Below are positions 39,040-50,071 of a DNA stretch of 64,000 nucleotides, in pieces. Position 1 is the first letter of the stretch; every line of letters begins with the position of its first letter. The stretch is taken from IMG/VR virus record IMGVR_UViG_3300037502_002993, positions 1 through 64,000 of that record. One strand, 5' to 3'. Both the position numbers and the translations under genes were made by a program. A model generated the notes under the pieces. That model ran no database searches. It saw only the letters and a program-made list of their open reading frames with translations, and had not been told where the DNA came from.

Positions 39040-39548
39040 TATTGCAGTGGACCGCGCACGGGGGCAGGTAGGAAGCGGGGGGTGTTATGAAACCCCATAC
39101 CGATGGCCTCACCCACTGGACTAAATTCCATCACCACCACAGCAAAGGTGGGATCTCCCGTGAATTCAAAGCGCACCTCCTCTAGTTCCATTAATTGGAG
39201 CATGTGGTTTTCCACTGGAACTTTCAGGTACGGTAAGAGGTTATCTGCCGCTTCTGCAAAGGTGCGTTGAAGGTAGGCGTAAAGATCACTCTTTCGGGAG
39301 GGGTCAAGGGTGTCGGGATCAATGAGGTAGGTACGCATGAGGTAATCTATGTCATTCGCACCCATCGTACCCGACAGGTGATGGTAGAGGTAGTAAGAAA
39401 AGGCTTCATACACCTGGAGTACCAGCTGCTGCGACCACTGATAGAGCTCATTGGTAAGGGGAACATTAACCGATGCACGAACCGCCATGGCGGCTCTCTC
39501 CACCTGGGGTTCAAATAACCAACGTTGAAGCAGTACAGCAGAATACAT
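39039..39548 (-). CDS. Hypothetical protein (start MYSAV)
   Basis: AAGGA RBS; this start avoids overlap with 39559..39990. Confidence 0.65.
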   Translation of the reverse strand: MYSAVLLQRWLFEPQVERAAMAVRASVNVPLTNELYQWSQQLVLQVYEAFSYYLYHHLSGTMGANDIDYLMRTYLIDPDTLDPSRKSDLYAYLQRTFAEAADNLLPYLKVPVENHMLQLMELEEVRFEFTGDPTFAVVVMEFSPVGEAIGMGFHNTPRFLPAPVRGPLQ

Positions 39549-39558
39549 AACTCTGTCC

Positions 39559-39990
39559 TTACTTGGTCTGGGCGTGGAGGAGAAAGGCGTGGCGGTCCTC
39601 AAGGAGTCCTGCCTGGACGACCCGCGATGGGCGAAAGTCTGGATTGACCTGACCAATAGCGGCGAGAAACGCTGACCCGTAAGATTGAAACAGAAAGTGA
39701 ACCACCCGTTGAAATAGTTCATAGTACTGCCCGTCAATACCACTGGGAAGAGACCCCTCCTGTACCAACTCCAGATAGTGCTGGTAAATGATGGAGTTCA
39801 ACACATCGGGTTCAAAGAGAATTCTATCACCACGCGTGTCCAGGAAGGTTTCGTAAACCAGTGCTGCTGCCAGATGAATCAATCGTGCATTCCCATTGAG
39901 TCCTGTTTGGTGGACAAACTCCTTTAGGGGGTGGGGATTGAACAGCAGAACATCATTACGTGGTGGGGTAGGAGCGTAGCTATAGCCCAT
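39559..39990 (-). CDS. Hypothetical protein
   Basis: GGAGG RBS; coupled ORF. Confidence 0.65.
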   Translation of the reverse strand: MGYSYAPTPPRNDVLLFNPHPLKEFVHQTGLNGNARLIHLAAALVYETFLDTRGDRILFEPDVLNSIIYQHYLELVQEGSLPSGIDGQYYELFQRVVHFLFQSYGSAFLAAIGQVNPDFRPSRVVQAGLLEDRHAFLLHAQTK

Positions 39991-40420
39991 AACTCACCTC
40001 CACAGCGACATAGCTTTCGGTGTGGTTGAGGTAGCGGATTTCAAAGGCACACGGAAGCCCCATGCGAATGGCAGTGGCTAGTTGGATCATGTCCTCCTCC
40101 CAATCGTGCATAGTGGGTAGCTCCTCCGGTTTTCCCAACCAGCCGTGGTCTGCAAACACATAATGGCAGACGTCATACAAGGGGTCTCGTTGAAAGACAT
40201 CGGGTTGGGCTTTCAGGTCCCGAGGGAGCATGTCGGCTAATGCGCAGGCCGTGTGCCACATGGTGCGTTCTGAAATGGCGAGCATAGCCCCCCTCTCCTT
40301 AAGGAGAGGGGAGGTCACCATCATCACCGCGGGGTCAAGCAATACAATGGCTGGGGGACGGTTAAAGTCCGGCCAGGCGGCGCTCTCGCTCCGGGACGTA
40401 GTCGCCGTTTTCGATCGCAT
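39980..40420 (-). CDS. Hypothetical protein
   Basis: 146-aa ORF in operon. Confidence 0.6.
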   Translation of the reverse strand: MRSKTATTSRSESAAWPDFNRPPAIVLLDPAVMMVTSPLLKERGAMLAISERTMWHTACALADMLPRDLKAQPDVFQRDPLYDVCHYVFADHGWLGKPEELPTMHDWEEDMIQLATAIRMGLPCAFEIRYLNHTESYVAVEVSYGL

Positions 40421-41348
40421 TAAGAATGTCCTGCAAATAAGAATCGGTGATGGGCTTCTGTTCTATTTCCACTGTCAGTATCCCACTGCGGGACAGGACG
40501 GCGGTGTAGGTGTGCTTTTTCTCCAAGGCGAGTTCCAGTTGCTGTACCATCAGCTTGACCACGGGTACGATCACATCAGCAATGGAGCGCTCCAACTTCC
40601 ACCGTTTGCTCGGGGGGAGGGTCTGTTCAAGGACTGCCTCTAAGATCTCCTGACGGCTCTGTGGGGCTCTGTGATCAAACCGCAGGGTCGGGAAGGACTC
40701 CTCTAATACCTTGGCCACCATCAGTCGGAAGGGTAGCTTCTCACCAAGTTCTCCTAGCAGGCCACTGATACGATCCCGCAGCATATTGAAAAGTCCACTG
40801 AAGTCAAAGGTAAGATCAGCGTCCTCTTCATTACCTGTCAGGCGCTCGTACTCCATGATGCGGTAGTCGCGCCCTTTAGCAATTGCATAGAACCCCCCAG
40901 TGGTCACTAAAGTGCACTTCTTCCACCGATCGGCTGGAGGAATGGCCAATTGCAACTGGCGGTAGCATTCCGCATCCATGTCCAGGTAGGTGTCACTCTC
41001 GACTAGGTTATCAAGTCCCTCTGTGGTGATCTTGGCAATGTCTGAGGCTGAGGGTGCCCCGTCCATATGGCGGGACAGGAAGGATGCCACTAGACCTGAG
41101 ACGTCTGCTAGATACTCTTGAAATGCTGATTCCCCCTCGCAATAGGCCACGTGGCGCGAGATGGCGTATTTCAGATAGTGCTCCAGAAGTTGATGAGTGA
41201 ACTCCTTAAGGTGGCTAGACCGACCCTCAAGGATCATCACGTTAGCTTTCCCGGTAAGAAAGCCACTGAACTCATTAACAATGGCCGCGAGCCATTGGTT
41301 TCGGTAATCGCGCTCATCGAGGATAATGAGACTTTGTGTATCGGACAC
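40362..41348 (-). CDS. Hypothetical protein
   Basis: 328-aa ORF with promoter motif upstream. Confidence 0.7.
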   Translation of the reverse strand: MSDTQSLIILDERDYRNQWLAAIVNEFSGFLTGKANVMILEGRSSHLKEFTHQLLEHYLKYAISRHVAYCEGESAFQEYLADVSGLVASFLSRHMDGAPSASDIAKITTEGLDNLVESDTYLDMDAECYRQLQLAIPPADRWKKCTLVTTGGFYAIAKGRDYRIMEYERLTGNEEDADLTFDFSGLFNMLRDRISGLLGELGEKLPFRLMVAKVLEESFPTLRFDHRAPQSRQEILEAVLEQTLPPSKRWKLERSIADVIVPVVKLMVQQLELALEKKHTYTAVLSRSGILTVEIEQKPITDSYLQDILNAIENGDYVPERERRLAGL

Positions 41349-41596
41349 GTTGTTCTTCCCTTAGCCGTAAGTTCAGCTGTCTACACCTATCTTGGAGATG
41401 ATGTAGGCGTGAAAAAAACTCAACTGGAGCGCCCATCTGTGTGTCCAGAGGGGTCATCTGTCGTTAACCCTGCGAAAACGCTCTGTAAGGCTCTACAGGC
41501 CGCGTTCTATATAATCCGCTACCCAAGTATTCCTCTAACCAGAAAACGGCACCTAGGTACCTTATCGTGCCTTCTCGCCCTATATAGGAGCTGTCC

Positions 41597-42394
41597 ATGA
41601 ACCCCATTAGCGTTGCCCTGGAAGAAATCGGCTTTCGTATTCCCCAGCAGCTGCTTCAACAAACCTTTATTACCCAAGACTTGAGAAACTGTTTGGAGAT
41701 GGTCTCATTGGAGACCCGCATCAAAGAAGCGGTGATCGATACCCGTGTGATGCGTGACATTAACCTGTTGGGAGGGACTGAAGCTTTCATTCCGTTATCC
41801 CCTCCGGTAAATGCCCACCAGACCGATCCATACACCATCGTCTACCAGATCCCGGCAGAGGTCGTGCAGAACCGTAATATCGTACAGGTTTACTCAGTCC
41901 ACTTTGCGATGATCGGCTATCAGAACGCTGGCATGGCCATGAGCTACACCGAGACCCCACTGGCCAGTGCCACTCGGTCAGTGCTGGACAGTGCCATGCA
42001 GACTCCCCCAGCAGCGACGAGCTATTTGAATCTGATCGCCCCCAATACAGTAATGGCCCGGTTTGTCTATGCCCCCTACCCCCAGGCATTCATGCGAGTG
42101 CGTCTGGGGAGTGATGCGTCCTTAAGTCATATCCGCCCCCAGATGTACCCCACCTTCTCTGACCTATGCGTGCTTGCCGTGAAAGCGTACATTTATAACA
42201 AGATGGTCATTGTGGTGGATGAAGGGCAACTGCATGGGGGTCAAATGCTTGGGACGTTCCGGGAGATCATGATGAACTACGCTGACTCCGATGAGCTGTA
42301 TCGGGAGACACTAAAGAAATGGCGCAAGCAGAGTGTCCTGAATGATCCAGAGGCTAACCGTCGTCATATTCGCACGATTGTGGGTCGTCCTTAA
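41597..42394 (+). CDS. Conserved core protein
   Basis: AGGAG RBS; MNPI..IP.QLL and LAVKAYIYN motifs. Confidence 0.8.
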   Translation: MNPISVALEEIGFRIPQQLLQQTFITQDLRNCLEMVSLETRIKEAVIDTRVMRDINLLGGTEAFIPLSPPVNAHQTDPYTIVYQIPAEVVQNRNIVQVYSVHFAMIGYQNAGMAMSYTETPLASATRSVLDSAMQTPPAATSYLNLIAPNTVMARFVYAPYPQAFMRVRLGSDASLSHIRPQMYPTFSDLCVLAVKAYIYNKMVIVVDEGQLHGGQMLGTFREIMMNYADSDELYRETLKKWRKQSVLNDPEANRRHIRTIVGRP

Positions 42395-42412
42395 CTGTTA
42401 GGAGTCCGGACT

Positions 42413-43249
42413 ATGCTCTATTCGCTGTTTCAAGACCAACAGGATTCCTTGTTTGGTGGGATGGCTGATGGGGGGTTTATTCACCCCATGTTCCACTCCT
42501 TGACGTTTCGGTTCGGTATTGCGGGGAATGTGGTTACCCCTCTGGTAGAACTGAATTTCTTCGGGCCCTACCGGATCTGGTTGATACCCAATGTAGAAGT
42601 GACAGGGACTACACCGAGGCTTGATTTTATTGGTCACCACTCAAGGCGTTACACTGGGAAGGCACTACACCAACTCGCCTTCTCTGAGTCTGGGGAGGTG
42701 TCACTCCTCACTGAACGTTGGGAGGTCATTAACCTCACCGTAGGGACCTGGCAGGACAGTGCGCGCAAATGGCGCGTAGCGGAATCTGTGGAAGGTCTGT
42801 GGCGGAACATGGCCAACCGTATTGCGGGGAGTGAGTTTGTTTCACGTGAAGTGCTGTCCATTGATGATGCCCTGGCGGAGTTCGACATCGACCACACATT
42901 GACTAACCTTGATACCGACCACCTGATTGTGACGGGTATCCAATGGGTCGGTGGGGTGTCTGCTCACCTTCAGTTAGGGTTCAACGAGACTTACGTATTG
43001 AAGGTCTTTGGGGGTGGGGATACCCCGATGTTCTCAACTGATCCCACCGCACTGGTTGGCGAGGTATTACGCCGACTCCGGTTTGAAGAGAACGGTGAGG
43101 TCGTGGTAGACACGTACCGAGGTTCGCTGACGGTTGAACGCTTTGATGGAGGGAGTGGTGAACCTCTGTATCTGGTGGATGAGGGCACCTTGGGTTTCTG
43201 GATTGGGATACGTCCTCGGGTGACTGGGGTTCGATTCACTGAACTGTAA
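42413..43249 (+). CDS. Hypothetical protein
   Basis: AGGAG RBS, 278 aa. Confidence 0.7.
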   Translation: MLYSLFQDQQDSLFGGMADGGFIHPMFHSLTFRFGIAGNVVTPLVELNFFGPYRIWLIPNVEVTGTTPRLDFIGHHSRRYTGKALHQLAFSESGEVSLLTERWEVINLTVGTWQDSARKWRVAESVEGLWRNMANRIAGSEFVSREVLSIDDALAEFDIDHTLTNLDTDHLIVTGIQWVGGVSAHLQLGFNETYVLKVFGGGDTPMFSTDPTALVGEVLRRLRFEENGEVVVDTYRGSLTVERFDGGSGEPLYLVDEGTLGFWIGIRPRVTGVRFTEL

Positions 43250-43264
43250 AATGAAGGAGTTAAC

Positions 43265-44089
43265 ATGAAAAGCAAGCTACAAATCGGCAGTACTGCGGAT
43301 AACAATCAACTCAACCTGCCTTCTGGGATGTTGACTATTGACCGGGAGCGTAACGCGCTCCGACTGTTCGATGGAGAAACCCAAGGCGGCTTTGAGGTCC
43401 TGGGAACACGGGCCTATGAGCCCTCACCTCCTGGACCCACTGAGTTAATTGCGGGTGATTTAACCACTGGTTTTTATGGCGAGGTGGGGCCTGAGGAGTT
43501 CATCACCTACGGTGCCCTGAGTACCTTGGTTGGGTTGAGTGCGGGGACCCTCCAGCATGATGCTGAATCCCTCTGGCTGAAGTTCTCCCTCGATGGGTCC
43601 CCGCTGTACGTCATGAAGAAGCCTGCACGACACACGGTGTCGTGGGATCAGCTGCACGCAGCGGGCCTGGTCTTTGGGACCAACACTGTGGAGATTGATG
43701 GACTCACCTACCAGGTCCGCCTGCTCCGTGGCGCTGCCTCCGACCCCACCACCGATGCCACGGGTTGGGACCTCCCCACCAGCCACGGGTCGGAGTGGAA
43801 CCGGTTGTTGTACCCCATCCACTCCGGTGTGCACACCGACACCAGTAACCCCAGTGTGCACACCGACCCCACTGCCGCGCCTTTCGGCGCCTGGGCGCAG
43901 TACAGTGACAGTGATTTGGTATTACGTGGTACCGACAATGGTCGCGCCAACTGGTGTCAAGAAACCACCGCCACCAGCACCCAGCGCGTGTCTCGTGGTT
44001 CTGGTGTTACGTCCTTGTCTCGCTCCACCTCTTCGGGTACGGCTTCGCTTTTCGGTTGGCGTGCCGCTCTAGTCTTCGTTGGCGACTAG
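43265..44089 (+). CDS. Putative virion/tail protein of the GFYGEV..GWR family; candidate DGR target
   Basis: N-terminal LRLFDGETQGG module; GFYGEV, WLKF, SEWNRLLY, WCQE..RG..GWRAAL; adenine-depleted 3' end. Confidence 0.8.
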   Translation: MKSKLQIGSTADNNQLNLPSGMLTIDRERNALRLFDGETQGGFEVLGTRAYEPSPPGPTELIAGDLTTGFYGEVGPEEFITYGALSTLVGLSAGTLQHDAESLWLKFSLDGSPLYVMKKPARHTVSWDQLHAAGLVFGTNTVEIDGLTYQVRLLRGAASDPTTDATGWDLPTSHGSEWNRLLYPIHSGVHTDTSNPSVHTDPTAAPFGAWAQYSDSDLVLRGTDNGRANWCQETTATSTQRVSRGSGVTSLSRSTSSGTASLFGWRAALVFVGD

Positions 44090-44246
44090 CGCGAGCGACT
44101 GGCCTTTCAGGCCGAATAAGCTACAGGTGTAAGTACGTTGGGACCCTTAGTACAGTAACGCCTGGACATGGGTCCCAACCGTGGTTAAGAAATAAAGCGC
44201 AACGTAACCCCCCTCCCGCAGTGGGAGGGGGGTTTATGTCGTTTAC

Positions 44247-44954
44247 CTAAGACATTACGTCTTCCACATCCCACAGTAAATGTTGAAGAAATCCGGCACC
44301 GGCCTCTTCGGTTCTATTCCACCAACGGAAGATCCAACTAACATACGCTTCACTGGATTCCTCGTTTGGGTGGGATTCCAGGGTACCGATCTCAAATACC
44401 ATGCCGTGCGGGAGCCATGCGTCGACTAACAACTCCCAGGTCTCACTATTACCTTCCTCAACTACCACGCACAGGTATCCCGGTTCGTCGTCAACGTCTT
44501 GGTGGATATGTCCACTACATGACCAGACCGTGGCGATTCCGGGAAGTTGGTTCAGTGCCTGCACTAACTCACGAATGGGCTCATCCAGACAGCTAATGTC
44601 AAGTGCCAGGGCATGGGTCTTAAAGAAAGCAAAACGTTCCGTCGGTAAGTATTGACACTCCCCTTCTTTTAAGAAGGGGATTCTTGCTTCATTGAACTGA
44701 CTTACCTTCGGTAAGGAAGGCAGTGGTCACTTTCTCCACAAGCGTTTAGTGAGTCCGTATGCCCTACGGCCTCTGCAGCCAAATGACCTCACCAGGAGGT
44801 CACGCTGTTTCGCATTCGGATAGATCCGAAAGCGAAACGCTTTCGTAACCATGATGACCTCCTGGGAAAGTGGATTGGTGTGTATGTTAGTATTTAGTGG
44901 TCTTATATCCCCGCCATAAATGACGGGGTTTTACGACCACAACTGATAAGGCAT
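44247..44954 (-). pseudogene. 137-aa gene with D.PI..N..T..SCSGH motif (Tyw3-like N-terminus), interrupted after codon 3
   Basis: Removing 44652..44945 gives ATG CCT TAT|TAC TTA CCG (MPYYLPTERF..LDEPIRELVQALNQLPGIATVWSCSGH). Confidence 0.8.
44652..44945 (-). mobile_element. 294-bp internally deleted (MITE-like) tnpB element, copy 3
   Basis: Left end and first about 25 tnpB codons joined to the right end/omegaRNA; inserted 3' of TTAT. Confidence 0.92.
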
Positions 44955-45028
44955 AGTAGAATTCCTAGGGCATAGGCGCCCTCCCGAAGGAGGGCAGTGT
45001 GTTGGGTGTTAGGGAATGTAAGGAGAGA

Positions 45029-45529
45029 TCATGACACCTCCCCCAGTTTAGAGGGGCATAAATAGCTATCCCAACACGGTACACTTTCACGCATTTCCAG
45101 TCTGGCTTTCTTTCTCAGCCACATCTCGGGCTCGGGTGAATCAAGGATCACGTTTTCACGGGGGATGTTCTCCGTTTCACGAAACACAAAGGTCTCTAAC
45201 AATACCTCGGGCTTTACCTTCTGCAGTGGGTAGAGGTAATCGCTATCATAGAAGAACCACATTGCGTAAGACTTCTGTAATAAGCGTCCCACAACCGACT
45301 TAGGGATAGGGAAGTAGGCAGGTTTGATTGGGAGACCATTGCACTCGGCAACCACTTCGACTCGATGATAGAGGTGGTGGTCGAACTGTGTGGTAGTAAC
45401 AAAGAGAAACCCTCCGCGTTTAGCATTAAGCTGAACCACGTGTTTGAGTGTTAGGGTAAAGGGACTCAGGACGAGTCCCAGTTCCTCACTCAGCGCTTGA
45501 CCCACCCGATGGGTTTTCTTCTTGCCCAT
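45029..45529 (-). CDS. Hypothetical protein
   Basis: 166-aa ORF. Confidence 0.65.
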   Translation of the reverse strand: MGKKKTHRVGQALSEELGLVLSPFTLTLKHVVQLNAKRGGFLFVTTTQFDHHLYHRVEVVAECNGLPIKPAYFPIPKSVVGRLLQKSYAMWFFYDSDYLYPLQKVKPEVLLETFVFRETENIPRENVILDSPEPEMWLRKKARLEMRESVPCWDSYLCPSKLGEVS

Positions 45530-45703
45530 CGGGATTCCCCAGGTTATTTAATTTTCACGCGCTCTTCTGCACTCAGGTGCTGGCCTTGCTTTTTAAGCGT
45601 AGCCACCTTGTTAGCACGCCTCTTAAAATGCTTGTTATTCTTCATCATCCGTTCTTCGATCTTCGGAGGGAGTTTATCCATGGTAGTTACTCCGTAGGTA
45701 GGT

Positions 45704-48058
<2,355 letters not shown>

Positions 48059-48068
48059 TTAGTGGGCG

Positions 48069-48392
48069 TTATTTCGGTAGGTAGTCGTCGACATTAAGGT
48101 GTTCGTGCTGACAGAACGCCTCAAAGGACGTAACCTCCACTGGGAAGGTCGGTGGAATGCTACTGCCGGCTAGACGCACCAGCTCAATCTTAGCTACCTC
48201 TTCGGCTTCATCGATCACGTGGTACCAAACCCCATCAGAGAAGGCACCTGGAACAACACCGTGCTTGCGCTTTAACTCAACGATAGCGCTAATGGTCAAA
48301 TCGTGCTCTTCAGTGCCAATCGGCGGAAGGGGAAGACGATAAACCGCTTCATGCGCATACACGCGAATGCGTTTGATCAGCAGTGCACTCAT
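48069..48392 (-). CDS. Hypothetical protein (start MSALL)
   Basis: ORF in operon. Confidence 0.55.
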   Translation of the reverse strand: MSALLIKRIRVYAHEAVYRLPLPPIGTEEHDLTISAIVELKRKHGVVPGAFSDGVWYHVIDEAEEVAKIELVRLAGSSIPPTFPVEVTSFEAFCQHEHLNVDDYLPK

Positions 48393-48409
48393 AGTCAGAC
48401 TCAACTCTA

Positions 48410-48700
48410 CTAATGGATGGCAGTTCGCCTTGCATGACTGACAATTTGGCTGACTCTCGACTCCCCTATACCGAAGGCCCTTCCAATAACGGCATAAGAG
48501 AATCCCTGCTGGGCATACACCGTGATGGCGTGGTCTCTGAGTTCCGTCAACTGGCAACTGAGTCGCCTTAGCTCCTCAATATCCTCTAACGTCATCATCT
48601 CTCCCGACTCAATGCGGGCCTGCGCTAAATCTAACTGCTGCTTGGCCTCTTGGAGATACTGCAGGGCATTCTTGTTGTGGTTCTGAATGGTGGGGGTCAT
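48410..48700 (-). CDS. Small HTH protein (sigma region-4-like)
   Basis: GFSYAVIGRAFGIGESRVSQIV. Confidence 0.7.
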   Translation of the reverse strand: MTPTIQNHNKNALQYLQEAKQQLDLAQARIESGEMMTLEDIEELRRLSCQLTELRDHAITVYAQQGFSYAVIGRAFGIGESRVSQIVSHARRTAIH

Positions 48701-48732
48701 GGTCGTGCTCTCTGTGGTTAGGTGAAGTGATA

Positions 48733-49152
48733 TTAATGGATAAAAGGTGAATCAGAATTTTCGATCGACATCACCGCCATCGGAACGCGGGGGTCAAGTT
48801 CCATGATGCTGGCAATGATATCTGTGTGTTCTTTCAGCTGTTCACTCACTGTGCTTTTACCAACTCCACGAAGTTTGGTGTTGATTCCGCTGACCTCTTT
48901 GAGTCTAGCGATCAACTCATCCAAGGTAAATTTCACCTCAAGTATTCCAGGAACTAGTTCATTGAGAAACAGATAGCCAACACTGAGGTCATGGCAATAG
49001 CACAGTATCTCAAAACCAAACTCGGGTGAGAGACCGAGTGTAGTGACAAGACCTCCCGTCTCGTCGCTTGGCTCAATCCCAAGCAGAACCACCCTCCCCT
49101 TACTTATTTCAACGCTAAGCTCTTGGTAGAACTCGTCACTGTGATCTTCCAT
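48733..49152 (-). CDS. Hypothetical protein
   Basis: 139-aa ORF. Confidence 0.6.
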   Translation of the reverse strand: MEDHSDEFYQELSVEISKGRVVLLGIEPSDETGGLVTTLGLSPEFGFEILCYCHDLSVGYLFLNELVPGILEVKFTLDELIARLKEVSGINTKLRGVGKSTVSEQLKEHTDIIASIMELDPRVPMAVMSIENSDSPFIH

Positions 49153-49170
49153 TATGGACCTTCCTTGGTA

Positions 49171-49419
49171 TCATGAGAGGGGGTGGGAAAGTGCCCGATT
49201 GAGAAGCGCTGTGTCCTCCTCTAGGCTTTTACATTGCAGAGAAACTGACTCTCCATAGCAGATTAACTCACCGTCAACATGCTTGACAAACCCCGCTGAG
49301 ATTACTCCCACTTCATCTTTCCCCAGCGATTGGGTAAAGTCACGATGTTGCACTCGTTTATCAAACGTGACCATGACGTCACGAGCCATCCCTATCTTCT
49401 TATATCGTACATATTTCAT
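49171..49419 (-). CDS. Small phage protein
   Basis: MKYV..F....QH..ISAGFV..CYGESVSL; GGAG RBS. Confidence 0.7.
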   Translation of the reverse strand: MKYVRYKKIGMARDVMVTFDKRVQHRDFTQSLGKDEVGVISAGFVKHVDGELICYGESVSLQCKSLEEDTALLNRALSHPLS

Positions 49420-49434
49420 TGTTGTATTCTCTCC

Positions 49435-50034
49435 TTAATTGCCAAGTGTGCGCAGTTGGTGGGCAATTCGCTCATCCAGTGACAATTCTTCATCAGGGTA
49501 GCGGTTCTCCTCGGCATCGAACTCGTAGAGCTCAACTTTTTCATTTAAGTACCCCTCGATGCCCTGAAGGTCCTCTGCCGTGAGGTGTAGCGTTTTGGCG
49601 TGTTTCTTCACCAAAGGCAAAAGGTCCGGGTATTGCTTGCTCCAAGGGGCTAGAATATACCCTCGGGCGTAAAGGTGTTTGAGGTTGGCATTGCCTTCCG
49701 CGTACTCCTGCGCTACTTTCAGTACCGGATCAAGCGGTTCGTAGTAACTCTTTAAGGGGTCATTGGTTTTAGCAAACCCCCAACTACGATATCGCTTACC
49801 GAAGGGGTCTTCGAAATAGGAAATCGTCACGCACTGCCAAAAGCAGGGATGGTGGGAAAGTTGGAAGGTAGCCGCATCGATCATTTCACGCCGTACGGCC
49901 AAACGGTGATGCACGCCGAGGGGTCCTGCTTCTCCCGCGATGTTGTAGCGGACGAAATAGATTCCTTCCGCCTGTCGTCTAAGGCGCTTAAAATCGGTAC
50001 CGGTGAGTTTACGCTTTTTGATTTTCTTTGCCAC
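49435..50034 (-). CDS. Hypothetical protein (start GTG, MAKKIKK)
   Basis: AAGGA RBS; the longer track start lies inside the IS right end. Confidence 0.65.
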   Translation of the reverse strand: MAKKIKKRKLTGTDFKRLRRQAEGIYFVRYNIAGEAGPLGVHHRLAVRREMIDAATFQLSHHPCFWQCVTISYFEDPFGKRYRSWGFAKTNDPLKSYYEPLDPVLKVAQEYAEGNANLKHLYARGYILAPWSKQYPDLLPLVKKHAKTLHLTAEDLQGIEGYLNEKVELYEFDAEENRYPDEELSLDERIAHQLRTLGN

Positions 50035-50071
50035 GCTTTTTTCCTTTTTCATCACATTCACTACAGTGCGG

